DNA from: Klebsormidium nitens
Lineage: Eukaryota; Plantae; Klebsormidiophyceae
Assembly: GCA_000708835.1 (NCBI GenBank)
Contig: DF236990.1
Coordinates: forward strand, 186,001-250,000
Reading direction: 5' to 3'
Length of the DNA: 64,000 bases
A program made the position numbers and the translations under genes. Below, in pieces: positions 23,901 through 37,000 of the stretch. Below the pieces are notes generated by a model. That model searched no databases. It had not been told where the DNA came from and worked only from the letters and a program-made list of their open reading frames with translations. Position 1 is the first letter of the stretch, and each line of letters opens with the position of its first letter.

Positions 23901-26900
23901 CTGAGATAATAGAGTTGCGATGCCTCGCAAGCAAAGGACCTTAAACGAGCACAGCAGCCTGACCTTAACAAGCGGCACAGTGACTTCGACATGTGCCGTC
24001 GAAGCATTCGCTCAGCGTGGGTTCCAACTCTGGATGGACCCAGATCAACCCACATTTCAGTCAACTCTTGGCATCCTGGCTGGCTCAAGAGCATAGCAAC
24101 ACGCGAAACTCAACAGATTGACGCACCAAGAGAGCAGTACCAATACTTCAAAGACGTCTGAACGCGCATACTCGGATTGGGGCAATCCAAGCTCCCCTTC
24201 TAACATGAAACACAGTACGCCAACTTCTTTTGAAAAGATTTGGGCGTCAACACTCAGTCACCGTCCTTGGGCGAAACCCAGGTTGATGTATCCTTGCCGG
24301 CTGACCATAGGAAACAGAGAGCTAACAAAAGCTTTGTGTCAGAAACGCTAAGGCGAGCACGGCGGGATCAAGTAGATGACTTCTTACGTATGACTGAGAC
24401 GTATGACTGAGACATAGGTGATGGATCGGAATAGATGGCAGCGGGTCCTGCTCAGATTGGCCACCCCCGCAGCTCACCAGGCACAAACGAGTTCTTGGGT
24501 TTCGGTTTGACGCAGGACGGCCGCCCTCTAAACCTAATTGCAAATATTTCAAACCGGCAGCGCATCCCGTCATAGACGGAATTTTAGACGGAATCAGTAT
24601 CCAAGAGCGTGTCTACAACAGTGCATGTAGCAAACACGAAACACAAGCCCCATAGACGTACACGTGTTGTCGCCAAGCCCGAAAGCTGCTATAGCTGCAC
24701 ATATGTTATGTGAAGCCAGGGACGTACGGTGGCACGTGCTGACTGTGGCGGAAGTTAGGTCCGCATCGACTGCAAAAACCGATCGGGAGTCAATTACGCC
24801 GGCGTGTGTGGTGAGTCTCAAGGTTACTGCGATTTTCAGGGCAACTATAGGGACACATGCGGACGTTTAAGTTTTGACATCATGGCGTGCCAGATCGGGT
24901 CTCGAAAGCTGACAAAGGTTTCCTTCGATCCGACGGGACCCACAAGACAGACCGCTTATCAAAACCGAAATCTCCTCTTATCGCACTTTGTGGTGGGAAT
25001 CGGCGCATGCCATGGGGTCACAATAAGCTACAGGATAACAACCCGGGCACGGAGTCAACCCAAAAACTGATGAAACTCGGAGACGGGTCAAATCCTGAAT
25101 GCTAGAGATTGGCATCGAAGCACCAATCATTTCAGCGTCGGATCATACGAAAAGTGGGCTGAGCAACGCTTATTGTCATGAGCCAGTGTTTGCTGCAAAA
25201 ATAAAGTTACACCATAGATACGTCTTCGCCATGCCACCAGCCTCAAATACTGACACCCTGGCGCCGAAAAGCCAGGACCTTCAGCCACATGGATGATGCC
25301 AAGTAAGCTGTGAGTTCTCGCGATTGACGATGTGGTACTCTCGTAAGGAAGACAATCGTAAGAAAGAGAGGTAAAGGCAAAAAGTGATTGGAATAGATCG
25401 ACAAGCCAACAAGGGCTGGGGTTGTGGAACCCAATCTTGAATTCCAAAGCCGGGGCGTCAGGCGCTGCTGGTAGTGCAGTCCTGGCATAGGGAGCCAACA
25501 ACGGGGCGCCAGGCTCCATCACAGCCAACCTTTAGCGACCAGCACCTCAAAAAAAAGAAGGGGAAGAAACGAAGCACCCCAAACGATAAAAAGGGAAGAA
25601 ACCAGGCAGAAAGAGGCGCGGAACGGAGCATTGAACGAGGAAAAGGCAAGAAGACAGTGAAAGCAGAATCGAACGCTTTGGCATCAGGCTTTCGTACAGC
25701 CACCATCTTCTGAGCGGGGCCCATGTGTTGCTTGGAGCTTCTTTGCCGTCCATGTCAAGACGTCGAAAAGAGAAGAGGAGCAAAGAGCAACAAACAGGCT
25801 AGGGGGTGAAAACAAGCTGGTCAAAATGACTGCGTCGAAGTCTCCTGATGACCAGCAAAAAGGGATGGGTCTTGGAAGGCGAAGCAGGAATCAGGTGCTC
25901 AGCGACGAGAGCTCGACGAGCAACAACTGGTCGGTGCAGACTTAGCAGTAGTCCGGACATGTAACATAAATACGACTTATTATTCGATGAGACTGCATAT
26001 GTGGTTTCAAAGAGCCCGGAGCATCATACGTGCTGAGGCAGCCTGCTCTTTGAGCGTAGCACATCACTTGGCATGAGCTGACCTTGTGCAATACAACTAG
26101 ATTGATCACAAATTTAACGGAGACACATCTTTGCAGTGGCGTCAGGAACCAAAATATCGAAACTTCAACCACAGCTTTGAATGCTGCGGAATCGACAAAG
26201 GGCCAACACAGCCATCACGCCTCGCAGCATACGTGGGAATCAATTACTAGAAAAGCAGGGAGGTGGTCAAACATGAATACGAGCTCTCAGTCAGCAAGCA
26301 TTTAGGAGCGCCAGACGACCATGAAAGCGACGAAGGGGTACTCGCAAATTCAGCGAGGCAGCACAAACAACCTCGGATGCAAACGTAAGAACCTTCAGGT
26401 ATGGCATCCGTTGCAATACCACAAGGGCCATGGGCGCAGCCCACTCATCTGTCGTCCGTGCCAACCATATAAAGAGATTCAGAAGGAGCTGATACAGCAG
26501 ACATACGAGGACACCACGCGAACTTAAGGTGCAGAAAAAGAATTGTGGTCACAACAACTGACCTGATAAACGCTCAGCATCTCGATGGCAACAGTTCAAC
26601 GGGCATTTAATATCTGCGGCAGAGCCCGAGTTCGTAAGAGTCTCGCCAGCAATAAAGAAAAAAGACTAGTGGATCGAAGCAGTAAGTCGCAAGCAAAAAA
26701 ATTCAAACCGAGAACAGCCGCCTGATCTAAACCAGCGGCACACTAGTCGCTTGACATGCCGTCGAGCGCTTTAGCATGAGCTCGGTTCGCAGCTTTGGGT
26801 AACCCAAAACCCATATCTCAATTCTTGGCATCCTGGCTGGCTCAAGAGCATAAACACACCGGAACGCAACGAGAAGCGCATACAAGAATGGAAAATACAT

Positions 26901-28689
26901 TAATGAGGCCTGCGCAGTACTTGTGTGGTACCATGCACCAAATTCGTTGAAAGCTATGCTAGGGCGTCAATTGCGGAGTGAGCAATCATCTTTGGGCAGA
27001 GCCCAAATGCATGTATCATCGCCAGCTATCGAAAACAGAGCTAGTGGAAGCAGTGCTCTTGCAAATAAAGGACCGCAAAACGAGAACCGCCGCCTGATTT
27101 TAGAGGCGGCACAGTGGCTTCGACAAGCCGTCGAGCGCTTTAGCATCAGGTCGAATCGCAAGTTTGAGTGGCCCAAAACCCACGTTCCAACTCTTGGCAT
27201 CCCGGCTGTTTCAAGAGCATAACAACTATCGAACTCGAAGAGAAGCGCATCCATAAAGTTAAACGAGTAACGAGGTCTGCCCTGAACGCGTCTGGCACCA
27301 TGCACCAATTCTTTTGAAAGCAATTGTCGGGCGTCAACTGCAGCAGAACGTTCATTGGGCGGTTCATTCTTAAATCCTTGCCAGCTATAAGAAACGAAAG
27401 ACAGTGAAAGCAGTGCCTCGCAAGCAAAGGACCATGAAACGAGCACAGCCGCCGGACTTAACAAGCGGCACAGTGGCTTTGACATGCCGTCGACGGGCAA
27501 CAGCACGTGGGTCGAAACACAGCAGCATTCCAGTCATGTACCAATTAAGACTCTGATGAGACTGCTTGTGCAATTTCAGGTAGCCCGGAACAAAATATGC
27601 GATAGCCTAGGGCAGTCTATGCCTTCATCTTAGGACGTTACTTGACACTAAGCTGACTTTGTGCAATACAACCGGATTGACTGCAACGAACACACAAAAG
27701 TGCTGTAACGTCAGGCACCGACAAACAACCTTTTACTTGCAGCATCGGATGCGCTGCAAATGGTCAGTCCAATGGAATCCCATCACAACCAGCATCGGGC
27801 AGGACAAACATTAGAAAAGCAAGAGCTATCACACAGCAATGGACGCCGTAAAAGATTGCTCGGCAAGCATAAACAGGAGCACCAGACGACCATGAAAGCA
27901 CCGGAGGGGCTATGGTCGCAATCATCTGATTTGGCGAGGCAGTCCAGATATACTAAGATGCAGAAATTTCGATAGTCTGGTATGGCATCCGGACTCAAAC
28001 GATGCCACTGATGACCATGTGGGCGCAGCCCGCTGGTTTTGCCGTCCTTGCCGCGCAAAACAACCCAGCACATACTGCAACGTGCACCTTTTTCGGGAGC
28101 TGAGCAACTTCGTTCCCAAACACGTAGTCGTGCTTGTACACCTGGTGGCAGAGCAAAACGTTCTTGCCGCCCGTCCGGCAAAATGACGAGAAAGGGTTGA
28201 CGTTTCGAATCAGTCACTGCCATCCTCGCTGGCCGGATTCCATAGTGGACCAGACTTTGCTCAAAGAGGCTGCTGTGCGGATAACCCGTGTCAGCACTTC
28301 CATCGAAGTAATGAACATGATTATAAGAGGCGACTGAGAAACCCGAACGGAAGCTGCCCTGCGACCACGTGCTCGCGTGCGTTTACATCTTTGTACCCTA
28401 ATGTTTCATGCGAGGCACGTTAGAAGAGATAAAGCTATCAAGGGGTAAACGTGGGCTGCATTCCATCCTCACAACTGTTCATTGGTAGCTGAGGGCGTTT
28501 AAGAACCATACTTGAACGGGTCGAAAAAAGCTTAAAGTGGGCGTCCTGGGACCCGGAAACCCTGACGTCACATAGCGACATCGAAGCACGCCTCTCAGGT
28601 ATCTTGTCGGCAAAAAGTTGATATCAAAGTTTGTGCCCCGGGTACTGGGCCCTGCCAAAAGTGGCCGGGTGATGACGTCACTTAGACGC

Positions 28690-31300
28690 CCTCTTCAACA
28701 AGCGGCACAGTGGCTACACAATGCAGTCAAACGCTCTAGCAAGGATCAGCCACATGCACACTTCTGGGTGAGCCCGAAACCCAAGTTCAGCTGTTAGCAT
28801 CTTGGCCTGTTTAAGAGCATGACAAGTCCCGGCACTTAGAAGCGCACCCAGAAAGCAGAAACGCATAACAAGGTCGGGCCGGAACCATGCACCAACTTTT
28901 CTTGGAAGCATTCGTCGGGCGTCATTTTCAACAAAATCCTTCTTGAGCAGAGCCCAAACTCATAAATCCTCGCCAGCTGTAAAGAAAGAGCACTAGTGGA
29001 TCGAAGCAATAACTCGCAAGCAAAGGACCGTAACACAAGCATAGCCGCCTGACCTTAAGAAGGGACACGGTGGCTTCAACATGTCGTCGAGCGCTCTAGC
29101 ATCAGCTCGGTTCACAATTCTGGATGGCTAAAACCCTTGTTCCGACGTCTGGCATCCAAGCTGGCTCAAGGGCATAGCAACACCCGGAACATAAAGAGAA
29201 GCGTAGTCAAAAGCAGGAACAGATGACGAGCTCTAGTGCGCTAGATTTGCTTGGCACCATGCACCGGATTCTATCAAAGCGACCGTTGGGCGTCAACTGC
29301 GACAAGCGTGTCCTTGGGCGGAGCCCATGTTCATGAATCCTTGCCAGATGTGAATAAGGAGAGAAAGTATAGAAGCAGGGCTCGCAAGCAAGAGACGTTG
29401 AAACGAGCCCCGCCGCTTCCGCCTTACAATGGCACAGTGGCTTTGACATGCCGTCGCATGCTCTAGCGGCTGCTCAAATCGCAGCTTTGATTGGGCCCAA
29501 ACCCACGTTCAGCTCTTGGCATCTGGCTGGCTTAAGTACATAGCAACTCCCGTCATTCCGAGAGAACCGCAGCCACAAGGCGAAAAGAATGACGAGGTCT
29601 CCGCTGAACTCGTCTGGCACCATGCACTATATTCTCTTCGAAGCAATTATCGGGCGTCAACTGCATAGGCAATCTCGTCCTTGGGCAGAGCCCAGCTTTA
29701 CGAATCCTCGCCAGCGATAGAAAAAGAGCGATAGTGAAAGCAGTGCCTTGCATGCAGAGGACGTACAACGAGCACCGCTGCCTGACTTTAAGAGGCGGCA
29801 GGGCTTCGACATGCCGTCGAACGGTCTGCAAGCATCAGCTCTATCTACACCTTTAGCTCGATCTACTGGGCCCAAAACCCACACTCGAACTCATGGCATC
29901 CCGACTGCTTCCAGAGCATAGCAACAACCGACCTCGAAGAGAAGCGCCTCCAGAATCAATGACACATAGCGGGGTCTACGCTCAACTAAAGTTTGGCACC
30001 AGGCACCAATTCCTTTCCAAGCAAGTGTCTGGCGTCAACTGCGACAAATCCGTCCTTACGCAGAGCCAGAATCATAATCCTCATAATCCTCGCCAGACAT
30101 GACAAAAGAGAGATAACGGAAGCAGTGCCTCGCAAGCAGAGGACAGGAAAACGAGCACCGCCGCCTGACCTAACGCGGCGCGCACAGTGGCTTCGACATG
30201 CCGTCAGATGCTTTAGCATCAGCTCGATTCACCTCTTTGTGAGCCCAGAACCCACTCTCCAACACTTCGCATCGCGGCTGGCTTCAGAGCATAGCCGAAG
30301 GGGCAGTGGCTTCGACATGCCGTGTAAACGCTTTAGCATTGGGTCACTTCAGAGCTTTGGGTGGGTCCAAAACCCAAGTTCCAACTTATGGCAGCCTGGC
30401 TGGCTTCATAGCATAGCAACCCTCGAAACTTTAAAGAGAAGCGCAACAAAGAAGGACGAGGTCTGTGCTGAAGTCGTCTGGCACCATGCACCATATCCTT
30501 TTCTGAGAACATTTGTCGGGCGTCAACCGCAGAAAAGTTGTCACTGGGCGGAGCCCAGGTTCATAGATCCTCGCCAGATATTATTAAAGAGCGATAGTGG
30601 AAGCAGTGCCTCGCAAGCCAAGGACCGTAAAACGAGCACCGCAGCCTGACTCAAGAGGCCGCGCACAATGGCTTCTGCATGCAGTCGAACGCTTTGGCAT
30701 CAGCTCAATCAGCACCTTTTGAGTGGGCCCACATTCCAAATCTTGGCATCATGGCTGGCTCAAGCGCATAGCGGCACCCAGACCTCGAAGAGAAGCGCAT
30801 CCTTTTGCAAGTAACGAGGTTCGCTGAACTCGTTTGGCATAAGGCACCACAATGATCTCAAGAAAGCAATTGTCGGGCGTCAACTGGGCAGAGCCCAATC
30901 TCATAAATCCTCGCCAGACATGAGAAAAGGAAGAAAGTAGAAGCAGTGCCTCGCAAAAAAAGAAAGCACCAACGTGACCTAAGAAGCGGCACAGTGGCTC
31001 CGACATGCTGTCGAACGCTTTAGCATCAGCTCACTTTGCAGATTTTTGTGAGCCCAAAGCCCACGTTGCAACTCTTGACATCCTGGCTGGCTCAAGAATC
31101 CAGCAACCTTCAAAACTTAACAAATCAGCGGACCAAGGGAGCAGAACCAATACTTTAGAATCGTTTGAAGACGCAAACTCCGGATTGGGGCACGCCAGGT
31201 TTAGCTTCGAACATGGAAACACAGTGCATCGACGTTTTCCAAGCAACTTTAGGCGTCAAACACGCAACCACCATCCCTTGGGCAAGCCCAATTTGATGTA
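28690..31300. repeat. ~370-bp satellite-like tandem array (about 7 units), with shorter arrays of the same unit at ~23290-24300 and ~26650-27520
   Basis: The unit anchor GGCGTCAA recurs at ~28918, 29289, 29653, 30031, 30519, 30875, 31254 (spacing 355-380, one 487 with a partial internal duplication), and at ~23516, 23893, 24246 and ~26963, 27330. Conserved blocks: GCAGAGCCCA, ATCCTCGCCAG, AGCAGTGCCTCGCAAGCAAAGGACC, GCGGCACAGTGGCTTCGACATGCCGTCG, TTGGCATCCTGGCTGGCTCAAGAGCATAGC, TGGCACCATGCACC. Confidence 0.92.
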
Positions 31301-32840
31301 TCCTTGCCGGCTAACCAAAATTGACAGAGAGCTCTTATCGAAAGCAATGTCTCAAAAACGTTAAGACGAGCACAGCCGAATCTGATGGTTGGCTTCTTAC
31401 ATACGACCGTCACCTGGGTGATAAACCAGAATAGCTGGCAGCGGGTCCTGCTCATTTCGGGCATCGGCCCCCGCAGCTCATGAAGCAGAAAATATGTGGG
31501 CTCCGGGTAATTGATGCACAATGGCCGCCCTCGATATTTGGTTGCAAGTTTTGCAGACCAGACCGGCAGCTAGCGCCCCCGGCCAGTCATAGACGGAAGC
31601 AGCATGAAGCTAAGAGTCTACAAGAGCGCATATAGCAAACAAGCAACGACAAGCCCCAGAAACACGGGACCTTGTCAAAACCAACAATCACTATAGCTCC
31701 ACGCATGTTCCAGGGGGAGGTGGCACGTGCTGGCTGTGGAAAAAGGTCCGCGCCGATTGTGGGGGAATACCGGGAGCTGACCACGTCGGCGCGTTGCAAA
31801 TAATCTTGAAGTTGAATGCTATTTTTGAAGAAAATTCATGCCGTCACTTACGATTTCGGATCAATGTGCGTTGAATCCGTGAGCGAGTCTTGAGATTGTG
31901 ACCACGCCTTTCCGACAGTGTTCCGGACCCAGAAGTGACCATTTTGACATCATTGAGGAACTCTAATCAGCGGCGCAATCGAGATACGACTCGTCCGTGG
32001 CCGAGGCCAATAACGAATAAAAGACGAGTAGGAAGGTAAAGAGTCACCCCAGCGATTCGTAAGAAACTCAAGGACGGGCCAGGTCCTGGATTTTAAAGAT
32101 CAGCGTGCATATATGGGAGCACCGAGCACTTCAACGTCGGATCCTGCGAGAACGATGCTGAGCAAAGCTTGCTGTCGCCATCGGTGTTTCCTGCAAAGCG
32201 TACACCATCAGTTCGCTTTCCATGCCACATGCACAGTAGAGCAATCCTCCAGCCCTGAAAACAGACAGCCTGGCGCTTTCAGGAAGACAACTGAAGAGGA
32301 CCAAAGGCAACATTGACTTGGACCCAACCGACAACCCAACCAGAGTTGGGCTTGTAGTAACCAATAACGAACCTCAGAAAGTCGGGGCGTCAGGCGCTTT
32401 AGTACAACCATGGCACAGTGAGCCAGCAACGGGGGGGCGCGCGCTCCATCACAGCCAACCTTTAGCGACCCGCACCCCAAACCAAGAAAAAAAATTAAAA
32501 GAGGCGGGGACCGGAGCAGGGAGTGGAAGAGAAAGAGGGAGAATTGCAGCAAGGGAGAAAAGCAACCGCTTTGGCATCAAACTTTTGCACTGCAAGCCTT
32601 TCTGAGCGGAGCCCATGTGCCGCTTGGGACTTCTTTGCCGTCCATGCGAAGACGTCGAAGAATTAAGAGGAGCAAAGACTTACGAACAGCAGGTGGTGAA
32701 AACAAGCAGAGTCGAAAATGACTGCCTAGAGATGAGTCTCGGAAGGCGGAGCAGGAATTAAATGCTAAAGCGCCGAGAACGAGTCAACCGGCAACTAGTC
32801 GTGACGTGAGTCTATCAGCAAGGGTTTAGATCCAACTAAT

Positions 32841-32875
32841 GTTACAGGGTTACAGGGTTACAGGGTTACAGGGTT
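32841..32875 (+). repeat. (GTTACAGG)4 G-rich telomere-like microsatellite
   Basis: Four perfect copies plus GTT. It is absent at the corresponding position of unit A (~25940-25985). Confidence 0.9.
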
Positions 32876-34008
32876 CGGAGTTTACTGAGACTGCTTATCT
32901 AATTTCAGATAGCCCGGAATTCGACACGAGCTAGGGCCGCCTGTTTCATAGCACACACTTGGTTTGCATGAGCTGACTATGTGCGACGAAGTACATATGA
33001 CTGCAAACGAGGACACAAACTTGCAGTGGCATCAGGCACTTGGATCGAAATCCAACCTTTACTCGCGCACCATCACATGCTGCGAACAAAGTGGAATGCC
33101 TTCACAGCCAGCGCGCTTGCATCATTCGTGCAAATCAGACGTGCAAATCAGATAATAAAAAAGCAGGGAGTAACGTCACAAAGCTACGCCATAAATGATT
33201 GCTCGGCAGGCAGAGTCATGAGCACCAGACGCCCATGAAAGTAGCGAAGGGGGTATGGCATCCGTTACTGATTTGGCGAGGCAGCACAACATACTCAGAT
33301 GACATTCACTTGCCGTTGGGTATGGCATCCGGACTCGACCGATTCCCGAACTGAGCGCAGCGCACTCAATAAGCTGTCCTTGCCAACCATAAGCAGAAGA
33401 ATTTGGAGGATCCGATACAAGCGCATCCAAGGACAACCATGCACAAAGGCGGAGACAAGGGTTTTCTGGTCACGAAAAATGACCCTAGAAACGCTCGGCA
33501 TCTTAGGGGCAGCCCTTATGATGGCACCGTCTGACCGTTACGCTTCGGGCCGCCTTCAAAGAGTTTCCAGGATGACGAAAAGCAACAGTACTCTCAGAGG
33601 GATTCACCTCAATCAACGGGCCTTCTTTTTGAACGCATAAAGCAGTCGCGTGCAATTGTGTCTTGCACGCAGCGCAACGAGACCTTTATAAGGAAAGGAC
33701 TCATGAAGAAGATAGACATGAAAAACATAATTGCGGAAACCTCGTCGCACCTCTCGGAGTTCGGAGCGAATAGCTGCAAAAATCTATGTCGACCATCCTT
33801 TCGTGGACCTGGCTTCGCTGAAAATCCAAAGTTCTCACCAATCGAGCAGAACTACAAAGGAAATCGGCTGAACAAAGACATAAGAACTAAAAAGGTACGT
33901 ACTCAATGATTTTGCTTGAGTTGGATGATGACGAAAATTGTATTATACAGAGGAAAGTGTCCCACACCGTTATGTACAACCTAGTCACTCACGCCTTTCA
34001 ACGCAATC

Positions 34009-37000
34009 CTATGATTGTGCCGCCGCAACTTGTTTCTCCAACTTCCCGGTCACCCCTTCCTTGAGCGAGGAGAAGTACTGGGTGTAGTCCCGCGGGGGCG
34101 GCGGGTTGGATGGGTCAACCTCGAACGGCACGCTGAAGGGAACCGTGCTTTTAACCTGCGCAAAGAGTAGGTATGAGGACCGAGCTTTGTGCTGTCCCCT
34201 CGATCTGCTCGACAACATCTGGACGAACAGCAAGGGTTCCTATCACCCTGAAATTGCATCCTTGCAGAAAAGTAGCTCTTATCGTGTTGAAGATGAGCAG
34301 TCGTACTTATCAGAGAGCGGATGCGCGCGATTCGCGTCAAGAAAGCAAGCCAATCGAGAGTTGGCAAGCATATTGCCGGTTCTATCATGTTCAGAAACTG
34401 CCAGCAGGGAGGACTGGGAAGCTAATTTCCGAAATCGCCAATCGTGGCTCAAAGGACCTTGCTTGTACAATTGGTTCAACTTGACACAAACCGAGTGCAG
34501 GCTCTGAGGAAAGCACGACAAAATATGCAACAGTCAGCACTTTTCGCAGTCTACTTCCGTGGAAAGGCAAGGGCGCAACTTAGGGGCAAAGGCTGCCATA
34601 CCCGAGAGTCAAGAGAAGTGGGTTTGCTTTGCCGCCCAGTTCCTTCAGAGAAGAGTCTGGACTGTTGACCGAGAGAGAAACGATGGCCGCCCTCACCTCA
34701 AAAGTTTTATCGAGCGCTTCGGGACTGGCGAGTGCGGCAACACATATCCTCGCCACCTCTTCCCGCCCAATCTTGCCCTGGACAACAGCTGCGGGTCTCA
34801 CTTCAACACAGAGATGACGTGCTATATCCGCTTTGATTGCGCTGAACATTCCCCCACGATACACAATACGTTCAGACTGATACGGAGCTTGTAAGGGCCT
34901 CTTGACAATGCCTCTTGACAATTGATACGAAGAATCTTCCAGTACTCAGCCAAGAGCCGTCCCTGAGGAAGGCCAGCTTTGTGAGCAACTAGTTTCGAGC
35001 GGGTCATTCCTTCTAACGAAAGATTGCAGTGACAAATAAGAATATCAACCCTTTTTGATGGATTGCAAGCGTTTTCCCTCACTTCTACTCCAATAGTCGC
35101 GTCATTTCAGACCGCAGAAAACTACTCCATTCTTGGGCGACCTCGAGCAGCAACATTACCGTGATATTGTCGCCCTGATCAAATTGGAGCTCCGCCCCCG
35201 CCGGCTCCTCTGTTAGCGCGCACGGCCGAATGATCGTGTACGGCACACCGCTGCTCCTGACGACGTCTTCCCCCTGAGAGAGCGACAAGTGTCAGCGGCT
35301 CGTACAATCCCTCATCTACGGACTTACGTGACAGGTAGGAATCTACTCGCGAAAATCCTTAAAACGTGAATACTTGACAATGCTAGGTGCAGATTTGCAT
35401 GCAGATCATGCTAGACGAGGGCGTTCTCGAATCCCTTATTATCTGTTGGCGCCCAAGAAGCAGGTCTACATCGGATCATGGTCGCCTTTTCAGCCACATT
35501 GAAGGAGCAATCGTGACAACGCAACTGTCACCTGACAGTTGCGGACAATACCGCAACTTCGCAGCAACCGAATCTGACAACCGTCTCGTAGAGCACAAAA
35601 AACAAGTGCACAAAGATCAAAACTTTACACTTTGCCAAAGTGATTAACAGAGCGCTTTGCAGGTCCGCTTAGACTAGGATCCGAAATAGGTCAGTGGCAG
35701 CAATTATTCACGCGCCGGCGGACTCGTGTATGCATTCCATTGTGCACTAATGACAGACACTTTTGATGCGCTCTGCTCACGTGCAATGGGTCTAAGAAGG
35801 GGCTGCTGAAGCTCGGCATTCCCTTCAGATTTTCGCCCTCCCAACCCACCGGAAACTGAGTACTGCTACCGGATTGGCTGACCGCTCATCTCGAATGACA
35901 CTCAGAAACCGCTCACAGCCTCCGCAAAAGAGAATTACTCGGATCATAAGTCGTGACTTCGGTTCCCTTGACGGAAGCGGAACCGAATGCTTTGCCTCAG
36001 AAGCCTAACCATGAACTTAGTGGTTTAAATGAACTTCGTATGCAGAGAATATGCTAGATCCGGACTACCGACAACATGTACCTTGAGCTTGTATGTCAAG
36101 AGGCCGCCCAGTTGATCATTCATTCGGACGGCCGGCGGTTGCTTATCAAGGTCCAAGCCCGGGCGTCCGGGCCGAGTGACGCCAGCAGAACCCACGTGGA
36201 CAAATCTGCACCGAACGTTGCACAGATTGCTTAAAATACCTTTCGAACAGAACTTGGCCTCTCACTGTCTGGCGGATTCTGAGCAACTTGTAACAGCCCA
36301 CCTGTTTCGGTCTGCATAGCAAGACGGAGTTCTCGGGAAATTTCTGTACGACACCGTTGCACTTGAAGCGCCGACGAGTCGATGACTCGCAGGACACACT
36401 CTCCATGAAAAGAGTTGTAGAAAGGGAGCACTCGGACATCACCGTTCAAAAACACCGAAAGGTAGATTTTATATGCCAAACGTAAGCCGCAGCAATGATA
36501 GTGAACCTTGTACGCAGGGCCCCGGATGCAGAGTCTTCATACATCTGATCGGTTCCACGGTTTGCAGAGCATTATTGAAAGAGAGAGATATAAGAACAGT
36601 GTATTCAAGCGCCGACCAATGTCAAATCTGCTGACGCACGTTATATGGCAACCGAGATGCAAGCCGACATACTCTACGTCGCCTACTGTTGCCACAGCAT
36701 GCACGTTATGACGCCCACTTTAGGATCCGCTTCGAACGCATGCCGGGCATTTGCGCACCAACATATACTCCTGCGAATATGTTGCTTGCTGAGAAAAGCT
36801 TAACGTGAGGTGGGTCTTTGGGATACGACTCACTTCGGCGTGATGGGCTCCTTGAGGTACGCCTTGATTGATGCTACGGGTAGCTCAAACGCGCCGTCTT
36901 CGTACGTGGGATTAAGCTCACCGTCGGACTCGAACTTGCTGAACATCAACTGCACAGATGAAAGCGGCAATGAACCTTTTGAGGACGACTAAACTTTGTC

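Larger units (their letters stand above)
22600..33400. repeat. Higher-order tandem duplication: unit A ~22.6-26.5 kb, partial unit ~26.6-28.0 kb, unit B ~28.0-33.4 kb
   Basis: Head segments 22960-23290 and 28360-28690 share GGTAGCTGAGGGCGT, AAAGTGGGCGTC, CTGACGTCACA and AAAAGTGGCCGGGTGATGACGTCACTTAGACG. Tails match at 24120-24340 vs 31130-31360, TGGCAGCGGGTCCTGCTCA (24436/31437), GGGGCGTCAGGCGCT...CTCCATCACAGCCAACCTTTAGCGACC (25452/32383), 25690-25900 vs 32575-32780, and GAGACTGC...AGCCCGGA at 25989, 27558 and 32887. Confidence 0.9.

Noticed and set aside
23290-31300. Repeat-protein gene from recurring ORFs (LARIYE.GL, LTPDNCF, MLKRSTACRSHCA)
   Set aside because: The same DNA block is read in different frames in successive units, unit lengths are not multiples of three, and stops are frequent. 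These are translations of a non-coding satellite.
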